Below are positions 1-9,923 of a stretch of DNA of 60,368 bases, piece after piece. Position numbers and translations under genes: made by a program. How positions within the stretch are numbered: position 1 is the first letter of the stretch; each line of letters begins with the position of its first letter. The DNA comes from an uncultured archaeon (lineage in GTDB: Archaea; Asgardarchaeota; Hermodarchaeia; Hermodarchaeales; Hermodarchaeaceae). The notes under the pieces are model-generated. The model searched no databases and was not told the DNA's origin. It was given only the letters and a program-made list of their open reading frames with translations. The DNA is taken from the NCBI GenBank assembly GCA_964347045.1, contig CAYFXC010000006.1, positions 40,047-100,414 of the forward strand. The letters run 5' to 3'.

Positions 1-1190
1 TTCATCTCATTCTCTCAATACGGACTCCCTTTTTCTGGAAACGATTCTTCATCAAACTCAAAGATGGAACAACATCGCGAATCAACTGGTTGAAATTTGC
101 CCAAAGAGTTACAGGATGGTTACTTTTTGGGTTGGCCATAGTAGTCATAATCACCGGTATTCAATGGTATGGCTTTGCCATCAATGACTTAGTCCCCTTC
201 CTCTACCACGTCCGCATCGACCTTTTTATGATAATTCTCATCATGGTGCATGCCGTTATTGGAGCAAATTTCGCTCTAGTCCGAAGACAGATTCGAGGAC
301 CATGGACTACGGGGTTACTATTAACAATACTCATTATTGCTTCTTTTGCCATCATCAATATCGATCAAATTGGCTTAAACGGAGAAACACTTTCGGGTGG
401 GGGTAATGGTCCAAACCGAGCCGCACTTATTACCTTGGATGGAGAAACCTACACCTTTGATCCAACGCTTATCCAGACCGTGCGCCCTGATATTTTCCAA
501 CCAAGACACTTCTCGATATTTGATATACTCGTTGATTTGGATAATTCAGGCCAAATTGCATTAGAGTATCACTTTGCAGCAGACATGAACACTCACGTCG
601 TCGACTCAATTAATGGACACCCCCATTGGTGGTACCATGTCTACTACGATGGAGGCTGGTTAGAACCGAACATTTTTCGAATGGACCATTATCCCTGGAA
701 GGAACGGTCAACGGTTCTAATAGTCAAAGAAGCAGAAGAGCGACTCAATGATCATTACGAAATTTTTCGTGCAGAAACCACACGAAAAATAGCAATGGGA
801 AACGAACTAATCGTTCCCCAGGTACAAATTCGAGGGCACACATTTGATATAACTTTCACCAACGTCTATGTCACAGCCCATAATCTTCGCAACGATACCT
901 TTCAAAACGGCGTCATAACCGCCATCGATGTGATCATGTCCCTCGGAGACCAAGGACAACTAACCTATGAACTTCAATATTATTCAAGCATCGGCGAATA
1001 TGCCGATATCGTCCAAAGTTATTGGGTTGACGGTATCAACGAAGACAAGGCCTATGGCGGGTGTGGATTTGTTTATGAAGAGGGATCTTTTCAAGGACGA
1101 ATATTTGGAGGAAATCATATCCACATCCCTTCAGATTGGCGGATTCTAAACGCTCCACAATATGTCTTATGGTTTTGGATTTGTCTTTAA
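1..1190 (+). CDS. 5'-truncated membrane protein with C-terminal soluble region containing an internal duplication (DUF4430/transcobalamin C-terminal-like, tentative)
   Basis: Frame is open from position 3 (HLILSIRTPFFWKRFF...), so the start lies outside the window; 3+ TM segments, Gly linker, then two similar repeats. Confidence 0.7.
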   Translation, partial: HLILSIRTPFFWKRFFIKLKDGTTSRINWLKFAQRVTGWLLFGLAIVVIITGIQWYGFAINDLVPFLYHVRIDLFMIILIMVHAVIGANFALVRRQIRGPWTTGLLLTILIIASFAIINIDQIGLNGETLSGGGNGPNRAALITLDGETYTFDPTLIQTVRPDIFQPRHFSIFDILVDLDNSGQIALEYHFAADMNTHVVDSINGHPHWWYHVYYDGGWLEPNIFRMDHYPWKERSTVLIVKEAEERLNDHYEIFRAETTRKIAMGNELIVPQVQIRGHTFDITFTNVYVTAHNLRNDTFQNGVITAIDVIMSLGDQGQLTYELQYYSSIGEYADIVQSYWVDGINEDKAYGGCGFVYEEGSFQGRIFGGNHIHIPSDWRILNAPQYVLWFWICL

Positions 1191-1469
1191 CATCTTAACA
1201 TATGTTAAATGTATTACCATCTAGAGCAAACGATTTTCCAAGGAATCAAAGTTGAATCAACAATTTGACAATACAGGCACATGCTAGCAATACTAAATAG
1301 AACTTTACCCGTTGAAAATCCGTTCAAAGCAGCGACTTTAAAATCGATGGCGATATCTCACGTATACGAATCTACTAATAAAAGTAGGAAAGAACGAACC
1401 CAGCTTCATGATTACCAACAAGTGATTTTATCAAAATCCCTATCAGCTCAAAATATCACTATTTAATGA

Positions 1470-2294
1470 TTAACCCCCAGGACCTTCATACCTACGACGC
1501 CCTCGACTCCAAACGATTCGAGCCAAGATCCAGAGAATTACGAGCCAAATAATGATGAGAATGGTTATAGGAAGCATCTGCTCAGGAAGATAGTATCCTT
1601 GCAGGATGATTGCTGGGATATAGTAACAGTATTGAAAGGGAAGGAGACTGAACACAAACTGTAATGTGGGTGGGAAGAAGCTCAGGGGAATAAGTCCACC
1701 ACCAGCAATAATCATTAAGAGACTGAGTAGGTTTCGGAGCCACCAATGTCGGTTTATCCAGAAAGTTCCTAATGACATTGTGAAGACCAGCAAGAAAGCA
1801 ACTAGGTATGCGACGATGAAGAATGGAATGAAGAGTAGAAGATTGTAAAGGGTTGGCATTGGAAGGGGGATGAAGAGCATGGTTATCAGGTAGGTAACGC
1901 TTCCGAAAATCATGTAGAGGATGGAACGGGGAAGTTCACTGAAGAATCTGAATCCTGAATAGTCGATGGGCTTTGAGAGATAGGAAACTAGGGGTCCCCG
2001 ATCGATGTCCTTCTCAATTTGTACGCTCAACCGCCAACGAGGAAGGGCCCGAGCGATGATAAGAGCAATGAATAGGTAGCTAAGGAGCTCATGGTAGGTA
2101 AATCCTCCAAGGATAAATGTCCCGGTTAACAACCCTGCTTGAAGATAAACTATCCAATATACAAGTGCTAAGGCAATAATCTGAGCGGGAAAGAAGGCAA
2201 AGTGGGTTAGGAAGTCTGTGGTATACTGGCGGAAGTTCTTGAAGGAGATACGCGCAACTGCAAGATAACTTTCAAAACGTGATCGATTTACCAT
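1470..2294 (-). CDS. ABC-2 family exporter permease (DUF990/ABC2_membrane_6 type)
   Basis: ~6 TM; G-L.SYL.KP and GGGLIPLSFFP motifs; ends GRRRYEGPGG; ATG at 2294 lies just after the upstream gene's stop. Confidence 0.85.
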   Translation of the reverse strand: MVNRSRFESYLAVARISFKNFRQYTTDFLTHFAFFPAQIIALALVYWIVYLQAGLLTGTFILGGFTYHELLSYLFIALIIARALPRWRLSVQIEKDIDRGPLVSYLSKPIDYSGFRFFSELPRSILYMIFGSVTYLITMLFIPLPMPTLYNLLLFIPFFIVAYLVAFLLVFTMSLGTFWINRHWWLRNLLSLLMIIAGGGLIPLSFFPPTLQFVFSLLPFQYCYYIPAIILQGYYLPEQMLPITILIIIWLVILWILARIVWSRGRRRYEGPGG

Positions 2295-2299
2295 TCTTG

Positions 2300-3130
2300 T
2301 TATCCTCCCACGGGCTGGTATCGTTTTAGTCCTCGACTCCACGTGATTCGAAGAACCACCAACCACAGAATCACAAGCAGCATTGCAATTACGATGTAGA
2401 ACAAAGCAGGTGCAAGTGGAATCATGTTTAACATAATCATCGTTGGTACAGTTGAAATGAAGATCACAGGAAAAATGAACAAGAGGAAGTATTGGACACC
2501 TAATGGCATTATGTCAATTGGCATGCGAGAAAAATTGTATTCCAGTGCATCTGAGACTTCAAGCAATCCTTCATTTCTACCAATCCAGAAGGCTAGGCAG
2601 CATAAACACGCCCATAGCAAATACAATGCGGCTTGCCCAAGAAATAGAGCTAGTGCCCCTAAACCAATACTGAAAGGCGTCACGGGTAGGCCAAATGTAA
2701 TGACAGATAGTCCTAGCATAACTCCTCCAACCACGAGTTGAACGAGTCCCCCGGCCCAGAACGAGGTTGTAAGAATTTGGAAGAGTGATCCTGCTGGGCG
2801 GATTTGAAAAGTTTCGATGCCGATTTCCGTGATATACCAGTGAATTTCCCAGATGCCCATCCAAAAGAACGCTCCAAAGCCCCAGGCTACTTCGGTCATA
2901 CCGATGAGGAAGGTGAGTTCGCCTCTTCCCCAAATAGCCCAACCAAATCCAGTGAGAATTGGGATTTGATATGTTATGACTCCCCAGAAGAGAAGGTACA
3001 TGACAAGATTGACTGCAGTGCTGAAGAATGCTCCAAAAATCTGAATTTTGTTCTCTGAAATCCGAAGGAAGGATAGGCGGATATAATCTGGCAGGAGACG
3101 TAATTGGCGCATAATATCTCTTGAAGCCAT
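2300..3130 (-). CDS. ABC-2 family exporter permease (DUF990 type)
   Basis: ~6 TM; IRP motif, FSRMPIDIMP, ends GLKRYQPVGG; operonic with ATPase. Confidence 0.85.
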   Translation of the reverse strand: MASRDIMRQLRLLPDYIRLSFLRISENKIQIFGAFFSTAVNLVMYLLFWGVITYQIPILTGFGWAIWGRGELTFLIGMTEVAWGFGAFFWMGIWEIHWYITEIGIETFQIRPAGSLFQILTTSFWAGGLVQLVVGGVMLGLSVITFGLPVTPFSIGLGALALFLGQAALYLLWACLCCLAFWIGRNEGLLEVSDALEYNFSRMPIDIMPLGVQYFLLFIFPVIFISTVPTMIMLNMIPLAPALFYIVIAMLLVILWLVVLRITWSRGLKRYQPVGG

Positions 3131-4180
3131 TTATATCATCTCCGTTATCTGGCTGAGTGGGCGTTCTTCGTCACCGAAGATTTCACGGATGATATCTTCG
3201 AGGTTGGGTTCTGTGACTTCAATATCGTCAACAGAAAGCAGTGTCATTGCGTTTTGAAGAAGGTCACACACGGGGAGTTGATCTTGGTCAATGCGGAGTT
3301 CGACTTGTCCGTTGTTAACTTCAATACTAATGACACCTGAAAGGTCGTGGAGTCGCTGTTGCCATCCTTTGATATTTTCTTTTTTATAGAGAATTCGGAC
3401 TTTGCGTTCGTTGCTCCATTGGCGTTTGAGTTGTGTTTTAGGTCCGTCGAACCTAATATTACCTCGACTGATAAGGATGATGCGGTCCGAGAGCTCCTCA
3501 ACATCTCGCATGCTATGGCTGCAGAGAAGAACGGTGACATTCTCTTCTCGGTTAACCCGTCGAATGAAGTCACGGATCCGCTTTTTAGCCACAACATCTA
3601 AACCCACAGTGGGTTCGTCGAGGAAGATCACCGCTGGTTGGTGGAGCAACGCAGCGATGAATTCGCACCGCATCCGCTCGCCTAATGAAAGGCGTCGAGG
3701 AGCATTATGAAGGTGTTGCTCTATTTCTAGTATTTCGGTGAACTCTTTGAGGCGTTCATCGAAGACTGGTTTTGGGACATTGTACATCTTCTGGTAGAGT
3801 TTTAGGCTCTCGAGCACTGGGACGTGTGTCCAAAGGAGTGTGCGTTGGCCAAACACCACCCCATACCGCATGGCACATGTGATGCGGTTATGGTAGGGAT
3901 CCATGCCAAACAGTCGGACTTGTCCAGATGTCGGGTGTAGAATCCCGCTGAGCAACTTCACCGTGGTGGATTTGCCTGCCCCATTGGGTCCAAGCAGGGC
4001 TACGCATTCACCAGGGTGAATATCAAAACTGACGTTATCGAGTGCGTGGATGATCTGCTTTTCACGCTTAAGGAATCCAGCAAATCGTCGTGCGGCTCCT
4101 TTGCGTGGTCGGTGCAGGGGTTTGGTGTAAACCCGAACTACATTTTTGATTTGTGCTATTGGTTCTTTATTTGGGGGCAA
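3131..4180 (-). CDS. ABC exporter ATP-binding protein (DrrA-like)
   Basis: Walker A GPNGAGKST, signature LSLGERMR, Walker B FLDEP, H-loop. Confidence 0.95.
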   Translation of the reverse strand: MPPNKEPIAQIKNVVRVYTKPLHRPRKGAARRFAGFLKREKQIIHALDNVSFDIHPGECVALLGPNGAGKSTTVKLLSGILHPTSGQVRLFGMDPYHNRITCAMRYGVVFGQRTLLWTHVPVLESLKLYQKMYNVPKPVFDERLKEFTEILEIEQHLHNAPRRLSLGERMRCEFIAALLHQPAVIFLDEPTVGLDVVAKKRIRDFIRRVNREENVTVLLCSHSMRDVEELSDRIILISRGNIRFDGPKTQLKRQWSNERKVRILYKKENIKGWQQRLHDLSGVISIEVNNGQVELRIDQDQLPVCDLLQNAMTLLSVDDIEVTEPNLEDIIREIFGDEERPLSQITEMI

Positions 4181-4222
4181 GGCTAAGCCTCCGTTGGTTT
4201 TTGTGGGAGTTACAAGTGTTAG

Positions 4223-4237
4223 TATAAAAATATTTCT
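4223..4237 (-). promoter_or_regulatory. BRE/TATA-like promoter of the ABC operon
   Basis: Minus strand AGAAATA-TTTTTATA about 43 nt upstream of the start at 4180. Confidence 0.55.
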
Positions 4238-4461
4238 AAAAGAAAAAACGTTTAGTTAACCTTATTTGGACTCGTCTTGTCGCATCGAATTTTGCGAACC
4301 TTCCCGTCTCCGACATTCAAAGATCCATCCAAATAAGCAATTAGCAAAAGATTCGCCAATCTCACTATCCACATGGCGAAAAGGGCTATTTATCCTGCTT
4401 AAACAATTCCACCGGATATGCCTCAACAGCGAATAGCCTAAGCTAGATTAAAAATATTTCT
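4225..4461. repeat. Copy A of ~240-bp diverged intergenic repeat, bounded by 13-bp direct repeat TAAAAATATTTCT
   Basis: Co-linear similarity to 4920-5169 (e.g. identical AGATTCGCCAATCTCA); DR at 4225-4237 and 4449-4461. Confidence 0.85.
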
Positions 4462-4919
4462 CCCTTGGGTTTACCTCATGGAACAAATGCTAATTGTTTG
4501 TAAAAATGGAGTCAACGGATCTGCGTAGACTTTGAAATAAAGAAGCCTTTGATGGTCACTTTCAGGCTATTGCAGCAAAGATGCACTTCTTCCCTGGTAA
4601 CAAGGATAAGTGGCAATGGAGATTATCGGAAATCCGTTACTATTCGAGTCATTTCGACTCAGTTTCAATATTACTGGCATCCTGGAACATTTCACTTGTC
4701 AGCGCTACGAAACAATGATCATCACAGCTTGACAAACTTAACGTGTTACAAATGGATTCGGGTTGCGCCCTCCTGAAACAAAGCGTTCAGCGACTCACAT
4801 TTTTGCTATCTTGTTTTCCTTTCGTTTTTGGGCCATTTCCTGGTTCCCTCCAACTGTATTGTCAACCTGAAACCCCTCTAGGGTTCTTAGTTGCGAGGAA
4901 GTGAAGCCAAAATTTAATA

Positions 4920-5169
4920 TAAAAATATTGCTATAAGAATCAGCGTATATTTAATCTATTGTGGACTACCCCAGTCGCGTTGAAACTCGCGATCATTTCC
5001 CCTATTCCGAACCTAGTATTTACCATTCTATCACTCCAATCAAAGGTTCTGAAAAACAGATTCGCCAATCTCAGTATGGACTCAGCGAACGGGCGAGTGT
5101 ATACAAATTAAGAAGCCTCATTGGATACATCTCAGCCTCGAATTGAAATCCTAGACTAAAAATATTGCT
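4920..5169. repeat. Copy B of ~240-bp diverged intergenic repeat, bounded by 13-bp direct repeat TAAAAATATTGCT
   Basis: Co-linear similarity to 4225-4461; DR at 4920-4932 and 5157-5169. Confidence 0.85.
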
Positions 5170-5178
5170 GGATATTGC

Positions 5179-5970
5179 TCACTCACGGCGTTGACATATA
5201 CCGAAGGATAAATTCGCATGAATGATAAAACCAAGCCTTCTGTAGATGCGTATAGCATTTTGATTTTCTGATTCCACCATTAAAGTCACATATCGATACT
5301 TTGAGAATAAATCATTAATTACTGAGCATAACACGCTGGTGCCATACCCGCGGTTCTGATATTTGGGAAGAGTAATCAAGTTCCCGATTACTGATACTCC
5401 AGGACTTACCGGGTAAACTCCAATGGTGCCGCATATAGAAACCAGTTTCGATTTTTTCCTGATTCCATAAAACGGACCGACAGAGAGTTGAGACGGATTC
5501 CAAGCACCTGCAAATGTACTTTGATAAAAGGCATCTACTTCGATAAAATCGGTAGCGGAAAGTTTGACGGTACTGTGAAGTTTGGGCATTTGATACCGAG
5601 ACTCTTCAAGGTTCAAGAGTAAAAACTCGCCCTGCGAGAGAAATTGATAGTATTTCTCGACAATAGAACGGTGTTCTGGTGGTACAATGGCAAAAACCGA
5701 AGGGTATTCCATGCTCGCAATAAGTTGTTCCACTACTTTAGGTCGACCTCGCGTGAAAAAGCTATACAATCCTCTCCCTCCTTTATAGACAATAAGACAG
5801 CCCGCTAGTTTATTGTTCTCACGAGCAATGAACCAATCATTGGAGTCCCACGCCAAAGTAAAATCAAATAATGGTAACCCATTCAATGGAATATCCTTTC
5901 TAAGGTAATCTTCTACTTCTTTTATGGGCTCTAAAAGAGGCTGAACCTCAATAGACATGATAAATTTCAC
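5179..5970 (-). CDS. GNAT family N-acetyltransferase (FR47-like C-terminal domain)
   Basis: Motif A QNRGYG, N..AIRIYRRLGF. Confidence 0.9.
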   Translation of the reverse strand: MKFIMSIEVQPLLEPIKEVEDYLRKDIPLNGLPLFDFTLAWDSNDWFIARENNKLAGCLIVYKGGRGLYSFFTRGRPKVVEQLIASMEYPSVFAIVPPEHRSIVEKYYQFLSQGEFLLLNLEESRYQMPKLHSTVKLSATDFIEVDAFYQSTFAGAWNPSQLSVGPFYGIRKKSKLVSICGTIGVYPVSPGVSVIGNLITLPKYQNRGYGTSVLCSVINDLFSKYRYVTLMVESENQNAIRIYRRLGFIIHANLSFGICQRRE

Positions 5971-6022
5971 TTTACCTTTTTACCTGAAAGGAATCTTAGA
6001 GCCCTTTGAAAGCGATAGAGGG

Positions 6023-6679
6023 CTAGGGGAGTTGGAACTCGCCATCTTTTTCTAATACCACGACACGGATGGTTGAATTCGATTCAACCTTATCTTTGAA
6101 TTCAGAGACACCTTTATCCCAAGTATGCATGGGAATTGCTACCCTGGGATTAATTGCAATTGCGGCATCTGCACCATCGTCATTTTCCATAGTATAAGTG
6201 CCACCCACAGGAAGCAGGGCTACATCAATAGATCCAAGATTTTTCATTTCTGAGATGAAATCAGTATCACCGGCATGGTAGATATTCTTTCCCTCTGCAG
6301 TAACAATGTAACCAACGCCCAAGCCCTTTGGGTGAAAAGGCTGCCCTGGAGATCGAAATCGAGTTTGGTTATAAGCTTCAACGGCACGTATTCGGATATC
6401 TTCAACTTCCTTTTCTTCTCCAGCTTTCAACGAATAAACGGTTCCTCCGATTTTTTCTGTACAATCAGCAGGAGCAATAACCACAGTCTGATCACCGCGA
6501 ACGCTCTTAATCTTCTCAGGATCACAGTGATCAGAATGAGAATGAGTAGCTAAAATAATATCTGCTCGTTCTTGAGGATTAGCCGCCTGTTCAAGGTCAA
6601 TATATATGATTTTGTTATTAACTTTAATTTGGAAGCTAGCATGTGCTAGCCATTTAATGACAACAGACAATTGAACCAC
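6023..6679 (-). CDS. MBL-fold metallo-hydrolase (Lactamase_B_3/UPF0173-like)
   Basis: THSHSDH, YHAGDT, IPMH. Confidence 0.92.
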   Translation of the reverse strand: MVQLSVVIKWLAHASFQIKVNNKIIYIDLEQAANPQERADIILATHSHSDHCDPEKIKSVRGDQTVVIAPADCTEKIGGTVYSLKAGEEKEVEDIRIRAVEAYNQTRFRSPGQPFHPKGLGVGYIVTAEGKNIYHAGDTDFISEMKNLGSIDVALLPVGGTYTMENDDGADAAIAINPRVAIPMHTWDKGVSEFKDKVESNSTIRVVVLEKDGEFQLP

Positions 6680-6853
6680 TCAGACTGTAGAGAGGCAATA
6701 GGGCTATTAAAATCCTAAGTTGCATCATAAATTCCAACATGAAGATGATTACACTAGTTATTGGTATGCTTTTTTATGCTGATATATAACCCTAAGAAAG
6801 CTATAGAGGCTCAAACCTTGCGAGCTTCGAGCAGTATTGGATGTTGTGCTAAT

Positions 6854-7420
6854 ATGCCGGAAGGTCCCGAAAAAGTAACAGTCCCTTTAAATCAATCAAT
6901 TTACATGCTTCATCCTTATAACGCAACACTCGTATCTTCTAAAACCAAAGATGGACAAAACAACGTATTGACAATTGCTTGGATTATACCGACAAGCGTT
7001 AATCCCCCACTTCTGACCATGAGTATCCGAAAGGGTCGGTTCTCTTACAAAACGATTCAAGAAACGGGCGAGTTTGTTGTCAACATTCCAACCTTTGATA
7101 TTGCAGAGAAAGTTCTTCGTGCAGGACGTATGACTGGAAAAGACATCGACAAGTTTGCTGAACTCTCTTTCACTCCTAGAAAGGCAAAAATGGTTAATGC
7201 ACCGTTGATTGAAGAATGTGTAGCCCATCTTGAATGCAAAGTATGGAAGACCTTTGAAACCGGTGACCATGATCTGATTGTTGGTGAAATCATGGCAGCT
7301 CGAGTAATTGATGGATATTTCTCAAGAACCTGGGACATTACAAAGTTTCGACCCTGTCAACATACTGGAAAAGAATTCTTTACGACATGCAGCCTTGAAG
7401 CTATTGAAATTAAATTCTAG
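6854..7420 (+). CDS. Flavin reductase family protein (flavoredoxin-like)
   Basis: N...IAW, PP, GEFVVNIP, AP.IEEC.AHLEC, GDH motifs; start taken at MPEGPE. Confidence 0.9.
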   Translation: MPEGPEKVTVPLNQSIYMLHPYNATLVSSKTKDGQNNVLTIAWIIPTSVNPPLLTMSIRKGRFSYKTIQETGEFVVNIPTFDIAEKVLRAGRMTGKDIDKFAELSFTPRKAKMVNAPLIEECVAHLECKVWKTFETGDHDLIVGEIMAARVIDGYFSRTWDITKFRPCQHTGKEFFTTCSLEAIEIKF

Positions 7421-7494
7421 CACTTCTCATTTGGTAAACGAAGTTTCCTCTTCATATTTAATAAAGCTAAAAAGTGGCTTATGTCCGTGAAACG

Positions 7495-7746
7495 ATGACA
7501 GACGAAAAAGAAACAAGACCCATTAGTCTAAAATCACGCCTGTATGCCAGTTTGATTTTCTTAATCATATTCGTTGTTATAGTGACTATATGGACAATTT
7601 TCTTTTCCCCCGATTTTCAACCCAATGAAAATTTGGTAACGCTTCTAATTTTCTTTCTTGTCTTTGCAGGGCTAGCCATGCTTCCGTGGCTTCCTCTATT
7701 ATTCCCCCGTGAACCACCAGGTGGTCCACCCCTGGAAGATCTTTGA
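7495..7746 (+). CDS. Small two-TM membrane protein
   Basis: Two hydrophobic helices, Pro-rich tail; TATA-like TTTAATAA upstream. Confidence 0.6.
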   Translation: MTDEKETRPISLKSRLYASLIFLIIFVVIVTIWTIFFSPDFQPNENLVTLLIFFLVFAGLAMLPWLPLLFPREPPGGPPLEDL

Positions 7747-7848
7747 AAAGATAGGTCTTTTGCTATTGAGGAGATATGTGTAGGATAGATTATGTAGCAG
7801 AATTTCATATAAGAATTAGTAAATCCAGAGCTCTAGGAAGTGTGATGG

Positions 7849-8553
7849 TTGACTAAAGTTTTTACTATAAATGGAAGCCCTCGAATGGAGAAAGGCAATA
7901 CGGCTAAGATTCTATTTCCATTCATTGAAGGTATGAAAGATGCAGGAGCAAAAACGGAAATAGTGTATGCCAAACAGCTGAAGATCAATCCGTGTATTGG
8001 TGATTTCCAATGTTGGTTTGAAAAAGTTGGTGAATGCATCCACAAAGATGATATGCAGACAATTTACCCTAAACTACGAGCAGCCGATATTCTTGTACTA
8101 GCAACTCCGGTGTATATCCCTCTACCGAGTGCCATGCAAAAGTTCCTTAATCGTCTTCTCCCCATTGTCGAACCATTGCTTGAATTCACCGAGGGGCGGA
8201 CTCGAGCCCGATTCCATCAGGATGTAAAGATTAGCAAAATTGTACTGGTTGCGTCTGGAGGCTGGTGGGAAAAAGAGAACCTAAAAACTGTCACCCATAT
8301 TGCAGAGGAAATTGCATCAAATACATCAGCTGAGTTTGCAGGGGCAATTATCCGTCCACATGCTGGACAAATGAGAAATTTCCCACACGAAGCTGCAACT
8401 GTATTCACAGCAGCTAGGCAAGCAGGCCAGCAACTAATTACAAAAGGTAAAATCGCTGAAGAAACGCTCCAACTCATTAGCCAGCCTTTGATTTCAGAAC
8501 CCGAGCTCCGTAATCAGCAAAATCAAGCTTATCAAAATGCAAGGAATAAGTAG
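7849..8553 (+). CDS. Flavodoxin family / iron-sulfur flavoprotein-like (NADPH-dependent FMN reductase fold)
   Basis: NGSPR..GNT, C-x2-D-x2-C-x7-C, DDM, ATPVY. Confidence 0.88.
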   Translation: MTKVFTINGSPRMEKGNTAKILFPFIEGMKDAGAKTEIVYAKQLKINPCIGDFQCWFEKVGECIHKDDMQTIYPKLRAADILVLATPVYIPLPSAMQKFLNRLLPIVEPLLEFTEGRTRARFHQDVKISKIVLVASGGWWEKENLKTVTHIAEEIASNTSAEFAGAIIRPHAGQMRNFPHEAATVFTAARQAGQQLITKGKIAEETLQLISQPLISEPELRNQQNQAYQNARNK

Positions 8554-8568
8554 ACATTTACAGACCAA

Positions 8569-9042
8569 TTAGTGGGATTCGAGCTTCTTTAACTCATTTT
8601 CCACTTCACTCAAGGCATCATTCATGCGATCACGGATTTGAAGCAAAAACATCTTTCGCTCCCTGGGTTCTAATTGCTCTAAGAGCATTCTAGGCATCTG
8701 CTGGAAAGGGAGACCTGATGTGGTGCTCATCAGTTGAGAAATCATTTGTACCATTTGTTCAACTTGTTCTCTAAGAAAGGTCTTCCCAGCTTTTGTGATA
8801 GAGTATATGGTTCGTTCTACTTCACCTTTGTACTCCTTCTGACTAGAAACTAACTGTTGTTCTTCAAGATCGCCTAGTGTGTTATAAAGAAGCGAATGAG
8901 ATGGTACCCAAGCGCCTCCCGTCTGTTCCTCGATCAATTTCATGAGTTGATAACCATGCATAGGTGTATCACTGAGCATACGAAGGATTGAAATGCGTAG
9001 CAATACGCCCTTAGGTCGCTTAAAGAACGGCGGGAAAGCCAT
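8569..9042 (-). CDS. PadR family transcriptional regulator
   Basis: HGYQLM, LY..L..LE, Y.IT..GK; divergent from ABC pair. Confidence 0.9.
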   Translation of the reverse strand: MAFPPFFKRPKGVLLRISILRMLSDTPMHGYQLMKLIEEQTGGAWVPSHSLLYNTLGDLEEQQLVSSQKEYKGEVERTIYSITKAGKTFLREQVEQMVQMISQLMSTTSGLPFQQMPRMLLEQLEPRERKMFLLQIRDRMNDALSEVENELKKLESH

Positions 9043-9146
9043 AGTATTAATGAATTCCGAAAGCTTATATATGTTTGTTAATTTCATGTCTTTCAGAGTC
9101 ATAAAATAATTGAGACCTACCGCTATTCTTCAAACCGGTGAAAACC

Positions 9147-9923
9147 ATGACTGTAATCCCACCAACCCACCCCGAAGAGGCGTTGAACGCCCTTTATGAT
9201 TACCAATCCCGAACCTCGAAATATATTATTGAAGCAATAAAACTTTGTAAAACCTATCAGATGGGCCCAATAGAGGTTCAAGCTGTTCGAGGAGTCAACC
9301 TTCAAGTTAATCGTGGTGAATTCCTCGTAATACTTGGCGTTTCGGGTAGTGGTAAATCAACCCTCTTACATTTGCTTGGAGCACTAGATCAACCCACAAG
9401 TGGTAAAGTGTTCGTGGAAGGACTTGACCTATCGACGCTAGACCACAATCAACTCGCAGATGTCCGACTTCGACGAGTGGGGTTTGTGTTCCAATTCTTC
9501 AATCTAATGCCACAGCTCACGGCCCAAGGAAATGTTGAATTGCCTCTTAAATTCGCGGATGTTCCGTCAACGAATTCCCACAAACGGGCACGCGATCTCT
9601 TGACACGAGTAGGACTGGGTGAACGGCGAGATCATATTCCATCAGAACTGAGTGGTGGCGAACAGCAACGAGTTGCAATCGCACGTGCACTCGCTAATAA
9701 CCCACGCATCATACTTGCTGATGAACCCACAGGAAACCTTGATACAAAGACAGGGGCGGAGATTATTTCATTACTACGCCAGTTAAACCAAACCCAAGGC
9801 CTTACCTTAATTGTTGTGGGCCATGACCAACGATTAACAACCGTAGCAGATCGGGTCATTGAGATGCGTGACGGCGAATTTGTAGGTGAAAGAGAAGGAG
9901 GAAGACAGGTGAAGAGTCTATGA
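9147..9923 (+). CDS. MacB/LolD-type ABC transporter ATP-binding protein
   Basis: [43 protein letters not shown]. Confidence 0.95.
   Translation: MTVIPPTHPEEALNALYDYQSRTSKYIIEAIKLCKTYQMGPIEVQAVRGVNLQVNRGEFLVILGVSGSGKSTLLHLLGALDQPTSGKVFVEGLDLSTLDHNQLADVRLRRVGFVFQFFNLMPQLTAQGNVELPLKFADVPSTNSHKRARDLLTRVGLGERRDHIPSELSGGEQQRVAIARALANNPRIILADEPTGNLDTKTGAEIISLLRQLNQTQGLTLIVVGHDQRLTTVADRVIEMRDGEFVGEREGGRQVKSL

Noticed and set aside
4961-5146. 61-aa ORF inside repeat B
   Set aside because: The frame is not conserved in copy A beyond the first few codons
4225-5169. Repeats as CRISPR array, integron attC sites or tRNA
   Set aside because: Only two long diverged copies; no constant repeat-spacer pattern, no RYYYAAC/GTTRRRY cores, no cloverleaf, no cas or intI gene
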